Translations under genes and position numbers: made by a program
The notes under the pieces: generated by a model
The model's input: only the letters and a program-made list of their open reading frames with translations
Databases searched by the model: none
What the model was told of the DNA's origin: nothing
Shown: positions 23,705 to 36,843 of the stretch, in pieces
Numbering within the stretch: the stretch's first letter is position 1
Layout of the letters: each line of letters opens with the position of its first letter
Assembly (NCBI RefSeq): GCF_001194135.2
Contig: NC_068987.1
Span: forward strand, 90,021,461 to 90,085,460
Source: Octopus bimaculoides
Lineage: Eukaryota
Reading direction: 5' to 3'
DNA: 64,000 bases

Positions 23705-23878
23705 CCTTCGTTTTGGGATCACTACTACTTTTTTTTATCTCCCCTTCTTAGCTCTCCTGTCTGACCATCTCTGTCTCGCATTCGCTATGATCGATCATTA
23801 GCCACTAAACCTTTTTTATTTTCCCTTTCTGCTTATTTCTGTTGAAGAGTGCAGGCTTGAAACAAAAGACTTTCTCTC
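23705..23878 (+). mobile_element. Penelope-type 3' end with degenerate hammerhead-like motif
   Basis: ATTT-CTGTTGA-A-GAGT-GCAG-GCTT-GAAAC-AAAAGAC, homologous to 17554-17589. Confidence 0.55.
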
Positions 23879-23892
23879 AGTGTGTGTGTGTG

Positions 23893-23943
<51 letters not shown>

Positions 23944-24614
23944 GTATGTGTGTGTGTGTTTGTTTCTCCCACAGCTTAACAACAAGTGTTGGTTTGTTTA
24001 CTTCCCTGTAACTTAGCAGTTCAGCAAAAGAAACTGATAGAGTACTGAACTGAAAAACTAAAAATAGGTCCTGGGATCGATTTGTTCAACTAAACCATTT
24101 AAGTCGGTGCTCCAGCATGGCCACAGTCTAATGACTGAAACAAGTAAAAGATGAAAGAAAAAGGAAGTACATTGGGGACATCTTTAATATGAATAACAAA
24201 GTTTTAAAAGAAATTTCAGGAATGCTCTTGTTTTGAATTTATTAAATGGTGAGATTCAAGACTTGCCAAAGACCTGACAAGTGTACACCATCTTGTGCTC
24301 ACTTGAGATTCAGTTGGTGTTGTGTCCTGTGTCACATATACAGCCAACTTATACACATATAAATAAACAGACAGCAACTGTCTCCCTGTGGACAATAACA
24401 AACTGATATCAATGATTGGTTAGCTTATATCCTAAATAATCTCTCCTCCTTGGTGGAGAGGTTAAGAGAGAGAATTACAAGCAAGATATGGTGAAATGTC
24501 AATGGGGTGGGGAGATGGTGCTGGTGGTCGGAAAAGTAACTGCCAAAACCAAAACAAAACAGGTGACAGCAAAGGAAGACAGAAAGAGAGAGAAGTATAA
24601 TATAGAAAAGGAGA

Positions 24615-24668
24615 TATATATATATATATATATATAATATGTATATATACACACACACACACACACAC

Positions 24669-24750
<82 letters not shown>
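24615..24750. repeat. Compound (TA)n-(CA)n-(GA)n microsatellite
   Basis: Direct inspection. Confidence 0.95.
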
Positions 24751-24759
<9 letters not shown>

Positions 24760-26544
24760 AAGGACAGAAAAAGAGGTGGTATAAGGAGAGAATAAGGAAG
24801 GAGAGAGAGAGAGAGAAATTGGAAGAAAAAGTGGTTTTGTTGCTCTTATGCTATTTTCCTTTGTCCCATTTTAGTGATAGCAGCTTAAAAATAAACTTTA
24901 TCTTTGCATTTAACAGAGACCGAAACAAAAACAAGCAAAAAAATGATTTAAAAACTGCATTGAAAAACAATGAAAAACATGTAATTTATGCAAAATGTTA
25001 GCCTGCAGCAATGAAAAGAAATAAATAAGTTTGAAATAATTTTTTTTAAATGGATAAAAATAATGAAGAAAAGGCTGAAAACAAGCCATTCCTGCAGTGT
25101 TTGACTGTTTAAACAAATTTTAAAAACATTTAGAGGGTCCACCCTAACACCATGTTACTATAACAATTGCTCCCACTCTCAAATCTATAATGTCAGAAGC
25201 CATGTACAGCAAGAGTCCTTCTCTGTTCTGGCCCCTTCTCTCATCCCACAGCATAAAGCCACACCCCTTTCTACTATAGCCCCACTGAGTCGAAAAGGAT
25301 CTTGGACTTGCAAGCAGCATGGTGACCTCACTGGTGCTGGTGCCATGCAAAAAGCACCCAGACCACTCTGCAAAATGGTTGGGTGTTGGGAAAAGTGTCC
25401 AGCTGTAGAAACCATACCAAAGCAGACATTGCAGCATGATGCATTCCTCACACTCAATTGATCCTGTCAAACCGCTTAGACCATAGAACCTAAATGTTAA
25501 ATGATGATAATGCATTGGAGTCAAAAGCCAAAAACTGAAAGGAGAATGGTATTTTAGCTTGAATCAAACAAAATATGCATTAATATACTTCCGACTTTCA
25601 AATTTTACCATTGTAAACATTTTTTTGTTATCTCAAAGAGATGATGAGTCTAGCACTTCACAGTTCTGCTAAGTACACTATGGTGGAACAGTGAATAATA
25701 TTGAGATGATAGAGGCACAGGTCCACACATCTTGCTGGATATAGTAATTCAGTTAATCCCTGTAGCTGACAAGCACTTACTTCCAAGACCTCAGAAAGCT
25801 GAAAGTTAAAATTAACCTCAGTAGCATTTGAACACAGGGTAATATAGCAATCACTCCCCACCTGGATGGGATGCCAGTCCATTGCAGGGTTAACTTCCCA
25901 GCTATTACTGGAACTCATTTACAGCTAAATGAACTGCAGCAACATGAAATGAAGTGTTTTGCCCAAGAACTCAATGCACTGCCTGGTCCAAGAATTGATA
26001 CCATAATATTGTGATTGTAAATGCAACGTCCTAAATAGTAGGCAACGTACTTTAACTAATAAAAAATAATAATAATTTTATTGAAATTTCACCAAAAATT
26101 CCTTATCAAAACAAACAATATAGTGTAAGATTCTTTAAGTTGACAGCTCTGTACCAAAAAGATAAGAATTTCAAAACGAGAAAAAAAAAATGCTTAAAAT
26201 TCCATCCATTTTATTTATTTATTTATTTATCTCATTCCCTCAATCAGAAAAGTAAAATATTGTGCAGACACATGAGACTATAACACAGTCTTGAAGAGAT
26301 GAATTGTTGATGACTTTTATATATTTGTTTGTTTATTTTAGTGAAGATGGGTAGAACAGGGGTGGGGGCAGAGTGAAGTCAAATGTATTGCAGGTCAGGG
26401 CAAAATTGTATGGTAAATACCGAACAACAGTCAAAGAGTAAACTGATATATGATGTCTGAGTACTTCAAAACTTCTGCTATTAATAAAATGGTAAGCTAT
26501 AAAATTTCACATTTTTTTCACTTTGTCAAATTCACTTTCATAGG

Positions 26545-26945
26545 CACAGGCTGTGTGGCTAAGAAACTCACTTCCCAACTGTGGTCCCGAGTTCAGTCTT
26601 GCTGTGTGACACCTTGGGCAACCGTCTGCTACTACAGCCCTACAGCAACCAAAGCTTTGTGAACATATGTGGGAGACAGAAACTGAAAGAAGCCTATCGT
26701 GTATGTCTGTTTGCATATACGTGTGCGAGTGTATCCTTGTCTTGACATCATGTGATTGTTGTAAATGAAGGTCATTCATTTCCAGTATTCCGTGGAAACT
26801 GGTCTGGCTATGGGAAAATATTTCTTGACTTGGAAACAGATGAGGGTTGGCAACAAGAGAATTTAACCATAAAAAAAAAAAAAAAACCTGCCTAAATAAA
26901 TTATCTGATCCATGCAAGCAGGGAAAAGTGGACACTAAAATGATG
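26545..26945 (+). mobile_element. Composite SINE (B head + RTE-type tail)
   Basis: Head ggcacaggctgtgtggctaagaa; ends gggaaaagtggacactaaaatgatg. Confidence 0.8.
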
Positions 26946-26969
26946 TCGTCCAACAACCAGCTCACCATC

Positions 26970-27328
26970 TTAATATGGATTGATGTTATGGGTGTGTTCA
27001 TTGACCTCTCTCTCAACAACGCTCCACATGTAATAGTCCGATGGATTGAGATCTGGAGAATTAGGAGGCAAAATGTTAGGAGTCATGTTATCATGAAAAT
27101 TTTCAGCCATCCATTCTTGTGTTACTAGAACCATGTATGATAGTACAGAGTCTTACTGAAACACATATGGCTTTCCATTGCATACACTGTCTATCCAGGG
27201 CTTAACAATTATTTCCAGGACTTCAATGTAGGTGGCAAAGTTAACTCTAAGGCCTTGTGGAAAGAAGTAAGGAGGCATCACATGTCCTTCATTGCTGACA
27301 ACCCCTAAAACCATAACAGTTGCAGAAA
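26970..27328 (-). mobile_element. maT-family (DD37D) Tc1/mariner transposase fragment
   Basis: One frame: ATVMVLGVVSNEGHVMPPYFFPQGLRVNFATYIEVLEIIVKPWIDSVCNGKPYVFQ*DSVLSYMVLVTQEWMAENFHDNMTPNILPPNSPDLNPSDYYMWSVVEREVNEH; 37 residues lie between the 2nd and 3rd catalytic D. Confidence 0.92.
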
Positions 27329-27987
27329 ATTTTAAGAGAAAATATATTTATTTCACAAAAACCATTTTAGTGATTTCAAAGAAATTCCAAAGAAGACCAT
27401 TTAGGAAGTAAAGGAAAGAAAAAATGCTATTTTCCCAATAATTTACATGTCAATGATGACAAGTATTTATCAAAACTATCATGGATGAAATAGTATTTAC
27501 ATATTGATAGAGCAATTATATTTATTGCTCAATTCATATCTGATGGCTAAGAAGAGAGATGTCAGCCAGTTAAGCTGAGATATTTTTACAGCACAATAAT
27601 CATCATCAACCCTCACTGCAAGAAAACCAATAATATTCAGTACTGTGTGTGCGTGTGCGTGTGCGTGCGTGTGCACTTGAGACACAGGAACCAAACTAAC
27701 TCGTTTTTGATAGTGTACTTTTCAGAATTCTCTGGATTTCATATGATTTTATCTTTTACTTGTTTTAATCATCAGATGGTGGCCATGCTGGAGCACTGCC
27801 TTAAAGAATTTTTAGTTGAATAAATTGACCCCAGTACTTGTTTTTTTTTCTTTCAAGCCTGGTACTTATTCTAGCAGTCTCTTTTAGCGAACTACTAGGT
27901 TACAAGGGACATAAATACACCAGTTGGCAAGTGGTGGTGGGAGACAAACACAGACACAAAGACACACACACACACACATACATACAC

Positions 27988-28022
<35 letters not shown>

Positions 28023-28029
28023 ACAGAGT

Positions 28030-28286
28030 CCTAGACGTACTCAAGAAGACCCGTACCCTAGAACAGAAGTGTCAAGACCAACCTTGCTTGTAGTGTTAAG
28101 CTCTTATGGCAGTGCCATGTAAAAGCATCCAGCAGACTCTGTGAAGTGGTTGGCATTTGGAAGGGCATCATCCAGCCATAGAAACCATGCCAAATCAGAC
28201 TGGAGTCTGGTGCAGCTCTCCAGCTCTGGTCAAACCATCCAATCCATGCCAACATGGACAGCAGACATTAAATGATGATGATGATG
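28030..28286 (+). mobile_element. RTE 3' end
   Basis: VLKKTR-like ORF end, then gtggttggcatttggaagggcatc...gcagacattaaatgatgatg. Confidence 0.75.
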
Positions 28287-28330
28287 TTGATGTTGATGTT
28301 GATGTTGATGTTGGTGTTGGTGTTGGTGTT

Positions 28331-28426
<96 letters not shown>
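28272..28426. repeat. Graded compound microsatellite (GAT)n-(GTTGAT)n-(GTTGGT)n-(GT)n-(TA)n
   Basis: Direct inspection. Confidence 0.95.
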
Positions 28427-28429
<3 letters not shown>

Positions 28430-28797
28430 TCACCATCATTGTCGTTTAACGTCCGCTTTCCATGCTAAGATATATATATTTTGTTGAATAGCTTATGTTG
28501 TAAAGTTCCATTTACATATGATGGGCTTCTTCCAGTTTCCATCTACCAAATCCACTCACAGGGCTTTGGTCAGCCCAAGGCTACAGTAGAAGACACTTGG
28601 CCCAAGATGCCACACAGTGGGATGGAACCAGAACCATGTGGTTGGGAAGCAAGCTTCTTACCACACAGCCATGCCTGCACCTTGTCATACATATTTTTTT
28701 TTTTACTGGTCAATCGAAAAGGTTTGCTAGAATTGATTCACATATGATCAACATGTCACACTATCAGTAAATATTCAATCAGCGTAGAAAGGGCAAA

Positions 28798-29400
28798 TCA
28801 TCATCATCATCATTGTTTAACGTCTGCTTAGGTTGGACAGTTTGACTGAGAACTGGCAAGCCAGGAAGCTGTACCAGGCTCCAGTCTGATCTGGCAAGGT
28901 TACAGCTGGATGCCCTTCCTAACACCAACCACTCCAAGAGTGTAGTGGGTGCTTTTTATGAGCCACAGGCACAGGGGCCAGTCAGGCGGCACTGGCATAG
29001 GGGCCAGTCAGGCGGCACTGGCATCAACTGTGCTTGAATGGTGCTTTTTACATGCCACCAGCACGGGAGCCGGTCCAATGGCACTGGCATCGACCACACT
29101 CAAATGGTGTTTTTTATGTACCACCAGCAGGGGTACCAGTCACGTGGTACTGGCATCAGCCATGACAGCAATTTTACTTGACTCAATAGGTCTTCTCAAG
29201 CACAGCACATTGCCCAACGATTGAAGGGAACTCTTAAATGGGCCAGTTATGCAACACTGGCATAGGCCATAGCTATGATCTCATTTAGCTTACTAGATCT
29301 TGGTCACTTGTCATTGCCTCAGTGAGGCCCGACGTTCAAAGGCCATGCTTCACCACCTCATCCCAGGTCTCACATTCACTTTTCTATGTTAGCATGAGTT
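28798..29400 (-). mobile_element. 5'-truncated RTE LINE: ORF C-terminus + 3' UTR with module array
   Basis: Minus translation near 29370-29300 gives TWDEVVKHGL*TSGLTEAMTSDQDL (RTE C-terminal motif), followed by modules and the (GAT)n tail. Confidence 0.85.
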
Positions 29401-30255
29401 AGAGACGTACGAGTCTTTTATCATTCACTGCAGTCCTTTATCATCTGGCAGACACAGCTTCACAGAAACCTGGTGTATATAACATGTTTTGGTATGGTCT
29501 GTTGGGCACTCTGTCCAGCCAACCACTTTAAAATGTGGACCGAGTGCAGTTTACCATACTACCAACACTAAATAGGATGTTTGCAGCAAGACTACCCCCC
29601 CACCCACCACCACGTATCATCATCATTTAATGTCCATTTTCGATGCTGTCATGGGTTGGACAGTTTGACAGTAGCTAGCAAGCCAGAGAGATACATCAGA
29701 CAGCTACTCTGTCTGTTTTGGCATGGTTTCTATGGCTGGATGCCCTTCTTAATGCCAACCACTTTACAGAATTTGCTGGGTGCTTTATACATGGCGCCAG
29801 CACAGGTACTTTTTATTCAGAACAACAAAGTGCTAAATCCAAATATTTCTCTGGAAATCCCAATGTCTCTCACCCAGAGTGTGCATTCATGACATGGCAT
29901 GCGCACCCTGTGACCCTATTTCCACCAATTCCTTCACCACCAAACCAACATAGTCAAATTCCGAACAAACTACCACACATTCAAAAAAGGATTTTTACAT
30001 TTTCTTTGTGCATGCATGTGTATTTGTGTAGTCATGCATCAAGAGTGCATACTTATGTGCATGAATGTGCTTCTGTTCCAACATTTGCGTGCATACATAC
30101 ATCCATGCTAGGATGTGCATGTATATCTACATTTAGAGTATGCAGCTATAAGTGCAGAGTATTTACGAGTGTATATACACAATAGAGTGGGTGTATATCC
30201 TGTTGGAGAGTGTGTGTTTCCACATTTAGAGACAGTGTGTGTGTGAGAGAGAGAG

Positions 30256-30296
<41 letters not shown>

Positions 30297-31299
30297 GTAG
30301 ACAATCAAAGCACAAGTTGTTCCCCATTCTGTATCAAATTTTCCAACTAATTATTTTGTTATTTCATATCCAACGAACATTTGCTTAATTTGATAAATTA
30401 GCAGCAACAGTTAATTGACGAAGAACAAAAAGAAAAAAAATTTACAGAACTTCTTTGCAAAAACATTGTGATGAAATAGTTTGGTACTGTACAGCTAAGA
30501 TTAACTATTATCATCATCATATAATTAACTCGTATTGTGGTGTAGTTATAATGGTAATAATTAGGAATAATTACAATGGTTATTTATATTTTTATTAAAG
30601 CTATTATTACAAAAGTTTTCCATTAACCATTTCTTAATTGGAATGAAATTAGAAAGCATTAACAGCTCATTACAAAATTATTTACATGACAATCCAACAA
30701 GAAAATCTCTACACAGTGGATTATTCTTGTAGAAATAACAGCCAAATACCCCTTATACCATACCCTGCCAGCTTAAAAAAAAAAAAAAAAAATTTAAAAA
30801 CCAGGCACATGGGATGTGTTGCTGGATTCCTTATATATAAAAAAATAAAAAGATGAGGTGGCCGTAACTGAAACCCTTTTGATCAAAATTTGATCAGGGT
30901 TGACTTAGGACCAAAGAACAACTTTTAGGAGACAACTTCTAAGTGATCACTTGGCCTTCAAGAAATAGCAGCCATATTGCCCTCAAATCATACCTTATTT
31001 TCAAAGAAAAGAAAAAATACATTTCATAATGTAGTCCAAAATAGAGTTTCCATCCAAAAAATTTGGGGTGTTCATGGCTGGAACGCTTTTGATCATAAAA
31101 CTTCCCAATAAAGGAATAACCCAATGCAGTGTCAACATACTTCACTGCTAATTGTTTACATTTAAAGACATATCTCGTTAATCCATCTGTTGGTAATATT
31201 TTGTTGTGTTTAAACATTAAAGTCAGGATATAGAGCAGAGGTGAGAAACCAATGACAATATAGTGGTAACATGTCCGTAGCTGAAGATGTGACCATCAC

Positions 31300-31930
31300 T
31301 GAAGATTGTGGGTAACATACTTATAGCTGGAGATATAGCCACTATTAAGGAAAGTGAAGTAATATCTGCACCATTTTGTAGGGTCGTAGTTGAATACATT
31401 CACCACAGAACGATGACATTTAACATCAACCACACCATGCTTCAAATCATTGAAGACCTGCCTCATTCGACTCCTATTTGTCAGTTGTGCCATTTCCTTG
31501 GCTTACTTTACATTCATTGCCAAATCATTCTTCACCACCCGGGGCTTCACTGCCTCAACTCACTGAGCTGCTCCAGCTTTGCCTCCTGAAGGAGGACTTC
31601 ATCTTGCTTGCACCCGTTTGTTTTTCGCTGCTGAGAATTATTCTCCTTACAACATCCCTCCCTCCTTGCTCATGTCTTCGATGCAAAGCTTTGGCTTGTG
31701 GTATTGCATCAGGCACAACAATCACTGCCGTATTTCTACTATTTCCAGTCACCCTATCAACACTTTCAGGCATCTTGTCATCTTTGAAATCATTTGAACT
31801 CTTGTATGTAGACTGGAACTTTTCTTTTGCATTTCAGTTGTTACTTCTTAACTTTTCAGGACCCTTTCGATCCATGTGCAAATGTTTTTGAATGTTCTAC
31901 AGTTTGTTTGTATAATTTTCCAACATTCAT
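31300..31930 (-). mobile_element. Decayed RTE-clade reverse transcriptase C-terminal region
   Basis: With shifts: VIVVP..KALHRRHEQ..VVRRIIL..QDEVLLQEAKLEQLSELRQ*..W, paralleling the YGSETW..LRRIL..NEEVL..RRLRW region. Confidence 0.5.
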
Positions 31931-33524
31931 GCACACATGCCTGCACCCAGTCACACACATTGCACCACATATTATGCCTTCATTAGTTGCCATCTCATGC
32001 TCCCTGCTCCCTTGTAAGACACAACTCACCTCTATTAGACCCCTTGTTCGTCACGTATTTAATAGAGAATTGCCTGTCTCTCGCAATATGCCAGCATACC
32101 ACATTTGCGCTTCTGCTCATTTTTCAAGGCTTTCATACCAAATGCATCCTGCAAGAATATTTTCACTGATATCATGGATTGAGAATGCACTCACTCTCTC
32201 ACTCAGCTTATCCCACAGCTGCCACTTGCTCACACTAATGCATAGACGCTTACTGCCTCAGTCATGCAACAACTGGCACATTCAGTACTCAAGTGCATGC
32301 TTACTCACACTGCCTCGGTCATGCAATAACTTCCCCCTGCCCACGCAAAGCGACACCACTATTCAAACTCACTCAGATCCTGTCCCATATACATTCCCTG
32401 CGTTCTCTCTCCTGACATGTACAATTTTTCTTAGTCTTGCATCACATTCACCAGCATAAATATATGTCCTGAAATGTTTATTTGCAGGAATTCTTTTCTT
32501 AATGCATTTCATGCTGTTTTCTTTTTCCAGGGTTTGGACATTTGGTTTTGCATTTTTCTTTTATCTTTATATTGACTTACAGTCTGCAGCGGGGTAATGT
32601 AGTGACCAGAGAAGCCATATTAGGTTGCCACACATTAGCACAGTAGTGTAACAGCAACTTCAACTAATTAAAGCCGGTTGTGGATTAATACATGGCAGAT
32701 TCTGTCTAGCAATGTTGTGTGCCATTTTCATTTTAGTCAGTGGATGGATGCAGGATGACCGACAGAGAATCTTCGTCGCGAACGGCTCCTAGTTTCTCAC
32801 TTAAGCTTAGCAATGTAGATACCTTTTACAGTTCATTTCCCTCAACGCAATTGATACCATGAATAATTCTTTCACATCCCAGCTAACACAGACCAAACTA
32901 CCACTGCTAGCTTACTTACAACTTCTCATTCTTGCCTATGTAAGTTATTTCGGCTTCCCTGACTCACATACATACACATACCCTAACATACACATACAGT
33001 CCCCAACTCTGACTACATGTCTGCAGTTGAACACTTATCATTATTACTACTTGCCAGCACCCATTGGATTAAATAAAGTTTAATGTTTTATTATAAATGA
33101 ACTGCTTTCTAACAATATTTTCTCCACACCTTCACATTAACTGAACTCCTCCATAACAAACACAATGCACTCCCCAGTTCAGAAATCAAAACAATAATCT
33201 TTTGATTGTGCAACACTTTAACCATTAACTCCATTAAATATGCGTGGGAAACGTTTATTTTTATCAATGCAATACACAATGATACATAACATAAAACGGC
33301 AGTTAATTAGAGACAACTGAAAATTACAGCTGGTTGGTTCTATAAGGCTTGACCTACTGTCTGTCAGATTTGTATTTTGTATCCTATGACTGGCACATTG
33401 CTGCATTTCTGGTAATAACACTTAAATGTCAATAGCCTTCTCCATTGTTGCTGTAACTTTCCAGTCTGAGGAGAAAATATGGTTCACTGCTGTAAGTGGC
33501 ACAAGTGCTGTACGACCAGTTTCA

Positions 33525-33730
33525 AATTTTGGCACAGGCCAACGATTGCAGGGGAACAGCAACTAAGCTGACTGTGTCAACTCCAGTGTTTAACTGATAC
33601 TTATTTTATCAACCCTGAAAGGATGAAAGGCAAAGTTGACACCAGTGGAATTTGAACTCAGAACATGGACCAAATGTTATTAAGCATTTTGCCCAGCATG
33701 CTAATGATTCTGCCAGCTCACTGCCTTCAA
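33525..33730 (-). mobile_element. SINE family C
   Basis: atcaaccctgaaaggatgaaaggcaaagttgac..ggaatttgaactcagaac...gattctgccagctca. Confidence 0.8.
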
Positions 33731-34519
33731 GTGCTGTATAATTGCAGAACTTGGTATCAGCTTTATCAGGATGACTTGCTTTAGTAAGATCTTAGTGGGA
33801 CACAGTAAATTAACAAAGAAGATGAAAAATATATACAAATGTCTTCAGAGTGAGAGATAAGTCTCTTCCTAAACAGGGCCCAATTTATCTCTAATAACAT
33901 TCCCAGAAGATTCAGCAATTATTTCCTACACCCAAGTGAACTTCAGCAATATGAAGTGTATGAGTGTACCATTTAAATATGCAAAGAAACACCAACGATG
34001 GATTTGAACCCAAGACTAGAGCAAGTTTGCTATCACATTCACTGGGCCATTCTGGTTTTCCAAATGACCCAGTGAAATCTGGTAAATCTGCCATTCAAGT
34101 AAGTAATTACAAGTCAGAGTAAACACATTAGATATATGATTTTGTTGTTGCTACAACAAAAGACTTTAGATTAATCCAATTTGCAAATCAAGAAAGCACA
34201 AGCTGTCATGTATTTCAATATGAAGAAAGAGAGATGTGATATGAAAAACATGTTGAAGATAATTTGTTTTATCAACATGCCCTAATGTATAAAATCAACA
34301 ATAATTACTGCTCAGATAAAAATGAGTTTGTGCTTTGACAAGCACTCTAATAATTAAGACTGCGATTACATTTGACTTTATTTCTAGGTCAAATAAATAA
34401 TTTGTTGATTCATATCATAACAGTTAATAATCATCTTGAAATAAAAATTAAATGAAAACAGTTTCATCTCTTTCACTCCTTTCTCCAGCAATAAGTTTTG
34501 TTTTATAGCTTAGTCAGAG

Positions 34520-35262
34520 AAAGATAGCCCATGTGACCTTTAAAAGGCTTCCACAATTAGTTGAGAAAAGAGCAGAAGAGACTGCAACTCATAGGCTGTG
34601 GCAGATAAAATTATTCAAGGATCCTCACATTGAAGCGGTGGTCCAAATGCTTGCAAATGAGTGGATTCCAGTAAAGGCATATAAGAACCATGGAGTGTTA
34701 AACAAGGTGACAAAACATCTTTACTATTTAAGAACAGACGTGGCAATGAGCTTTTGCACAATCCCTGCCTCACAGAGCGTTCAACCAGTTTAGTAAAATC
34801 TGGAAGAGCAAGAAACTTTCTTTAAAAACCAAAATGCAGTTCTACAAGACCAACAGGCTCCCTACCCTTTTATATGGCAGGGAAACATGGCATCTGAAAA
34901 CCAGCCAAGAAAACAAACTGGATGCTTTTGACAGTAGATGCCTTTGGAAAATATCAGGCATCAAATGAAATGGTTTTCTCAGCAATGAGGAGGTCGTATG
35001 AAGAACGGCTCCATGCCCAGTGTCCATCACCATTTGAACGCACTGAGTGAGTTGGGTGGGACATATAGACATGCCAACCAAGTGCTAAAGTGGAACCCTC
35101 AGAGATAACGGTGCAAGGGATGTCTCAAAATGGACTGGCATCAGACAACTGACAGACCTTCAGCTGGTAAAACCTAAAATGGAATGATGTGCTGAGGGTA
35201 GCTGCTGACCAACCCTGCATGGACTGTCTCATGTGTTGCCTGACATGGGAATATCTAAGCAA
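34520..35262 (+). mobile_element. RTE-clade LINE reverse transcriptase fragment, pseudogenised
   Basis: VKQGD motif, then RAFNQFSKIWKSKKLSLKTKMQFYKTNRLPTLLYGRETWHLKTSQENKLDAFDSRCLWKISGIK*NGFLSNEEV..SWVGHI. Confidence 0.92.
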
Positions 35263-36039
35263 GTCAATTTCATCCACATGGTTTAGGAAGATACACACCC
35301 AGAATGCAGTGCAAAAGCAATTTGCTATATCATCCTGTAGTCATCCATATTTTGTATATACCATCCCATGAGATTCACACCAACCTATTCTAACTTATTT
35401 CCTGCTTTTCAAAAATAAAAGAAAATACACAAAGATGTGGCAGTTGAATTCACCTGACATACAACAACAAACTTCTTTCTGACCAGAATTAATGAGGTTT
35501 GTGAGGAAAAATTATACCAGGGATTGAAACCACATCAGACATTGTTTGCTGGGCACTTACCCTTTCAACAATAGTGCAACTTATAATGCTAAAATACTTT
35601 TATATAGTCTGGAAACAAGCATTGTCTCCACCCCCACTAAAGATAGAAAGACCTTTGATGGGGAATAGATAGATCTCTGCTAAAAATGTAGTTTTAGCAG
35701 CAGATACTTCTTTTTTTCCTCCCCCAAAGATCTATTTTGCACAAGTAGCTGAACAGAAACATAACTAAACCAGCAATACAGTGAAAGTTGTGAAAACAGT
35801 CATAATCATATATTCAACAACCATATTAAGTCTCCAAGCTTACAGCAGTCTAAAATAAGGACTGACTGGTTTTGGCATACTTACAGCTCTTCAGGTATTG
35901 TTTCCAAGCAATCAAAAGAAAATTGTAGCAGAAAACTATTTTTTTTTTTAAATGTGCAAATAACAACTTACACAATGCTACAATGCATTAATAACTTGGG
36001 TAGATATACATATATTCTTTTGTTTTTGTCTTTTTTTTT

Positions 36040-36400
36040 ACTTCTTTCAGTCATTAGACTGTGGCCATGCTGGAGCACCACCTTGAAGAATTTTTAGCTG
36101 AATAAATCGACACCAGCGTTTTTTTAATTTTATTCCTGGTATTTATTCTATCAGACTCTTTTGTTGAATTGCTAAGTTACATGGATGTAAATAAACCAAC
36201 ACTGGTTGTCAAATGGTGGTGAGGTATATACAGACACAAAACCATGCACACACACAATGGGCTTTTTTCAGTTTTTGGAAATCAACTCGCAAGGCTTTGG
36301 TCAGCCTGAGGCAACAGCACAAGACACTTACCCAAGATGTCATGCTGTGGGACAGAACTCAGAACCCTGAGGTTGGGAAGCAAGCTTCTTATCACACAAG
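36040..36400 (-). mobile_element. SINE family B
   Basis: Full tail-to-head similarity to 38038-38463. Confidence 0.8.
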
Positions 36401-36525
36401 CACACCATATCCTTCCTTGGAAACAAGCAGGGGTTGGCAGCAAGAAGGGTATCCAGTTAAAGAAAAACTGTGTCAATGTACTCTCTTCTGATGCATGCAA
36501 TCGTGGAAAAGATGATCACCTAGAG

Positions 36526-36843
36526 CAGTGACTTTCAACCAGGGTCTATAGAAGATTTTGGGGGGGATCCATGAAAACAAATTAGTAAACTGAGGACCCA
36601 AAGTGATATAGTAAGGGTCCATAAAAAAATTCTGCTTTAAATGCATTATTGCAAGAAACAGCTAAATTTCTTTCTCAAAAGTTTTACATTGTTCAACCTA
36701 CACAAGTTAATGTGTGAAAAGCAAATTAGGAATTTTGAAAGAAACATTTATAGAACTAGTTTTTAAACATTGAATGACTACGAGGGTCCCCAAAATAAAA
36801 CAGTAATCAAAGAGGTCCACAGGTAAAAAATTAAGGACCACCG
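36526..36843. mobile_element. hAT (Charlie-like) MITE
   Basis: Starts CAGTGACTTTCAACC, ends ttaaggaccaccg; TSD acctagag / acctagtg (7 of 8). Confidence 0.8.

Noticed and set aside
27200-27275. 48-nt plus-strand exon candidate (DFNVGGKVNSKALWKE) with good splice sites
   Set aside because: It is the antisense strand of the maT transposase, which shows how easily pseudo-exons arise here.
32600-33120. Solo LTR
   Set aside because: A TG start and an AATAAA are present, but I found no matching CA end with a TSD.
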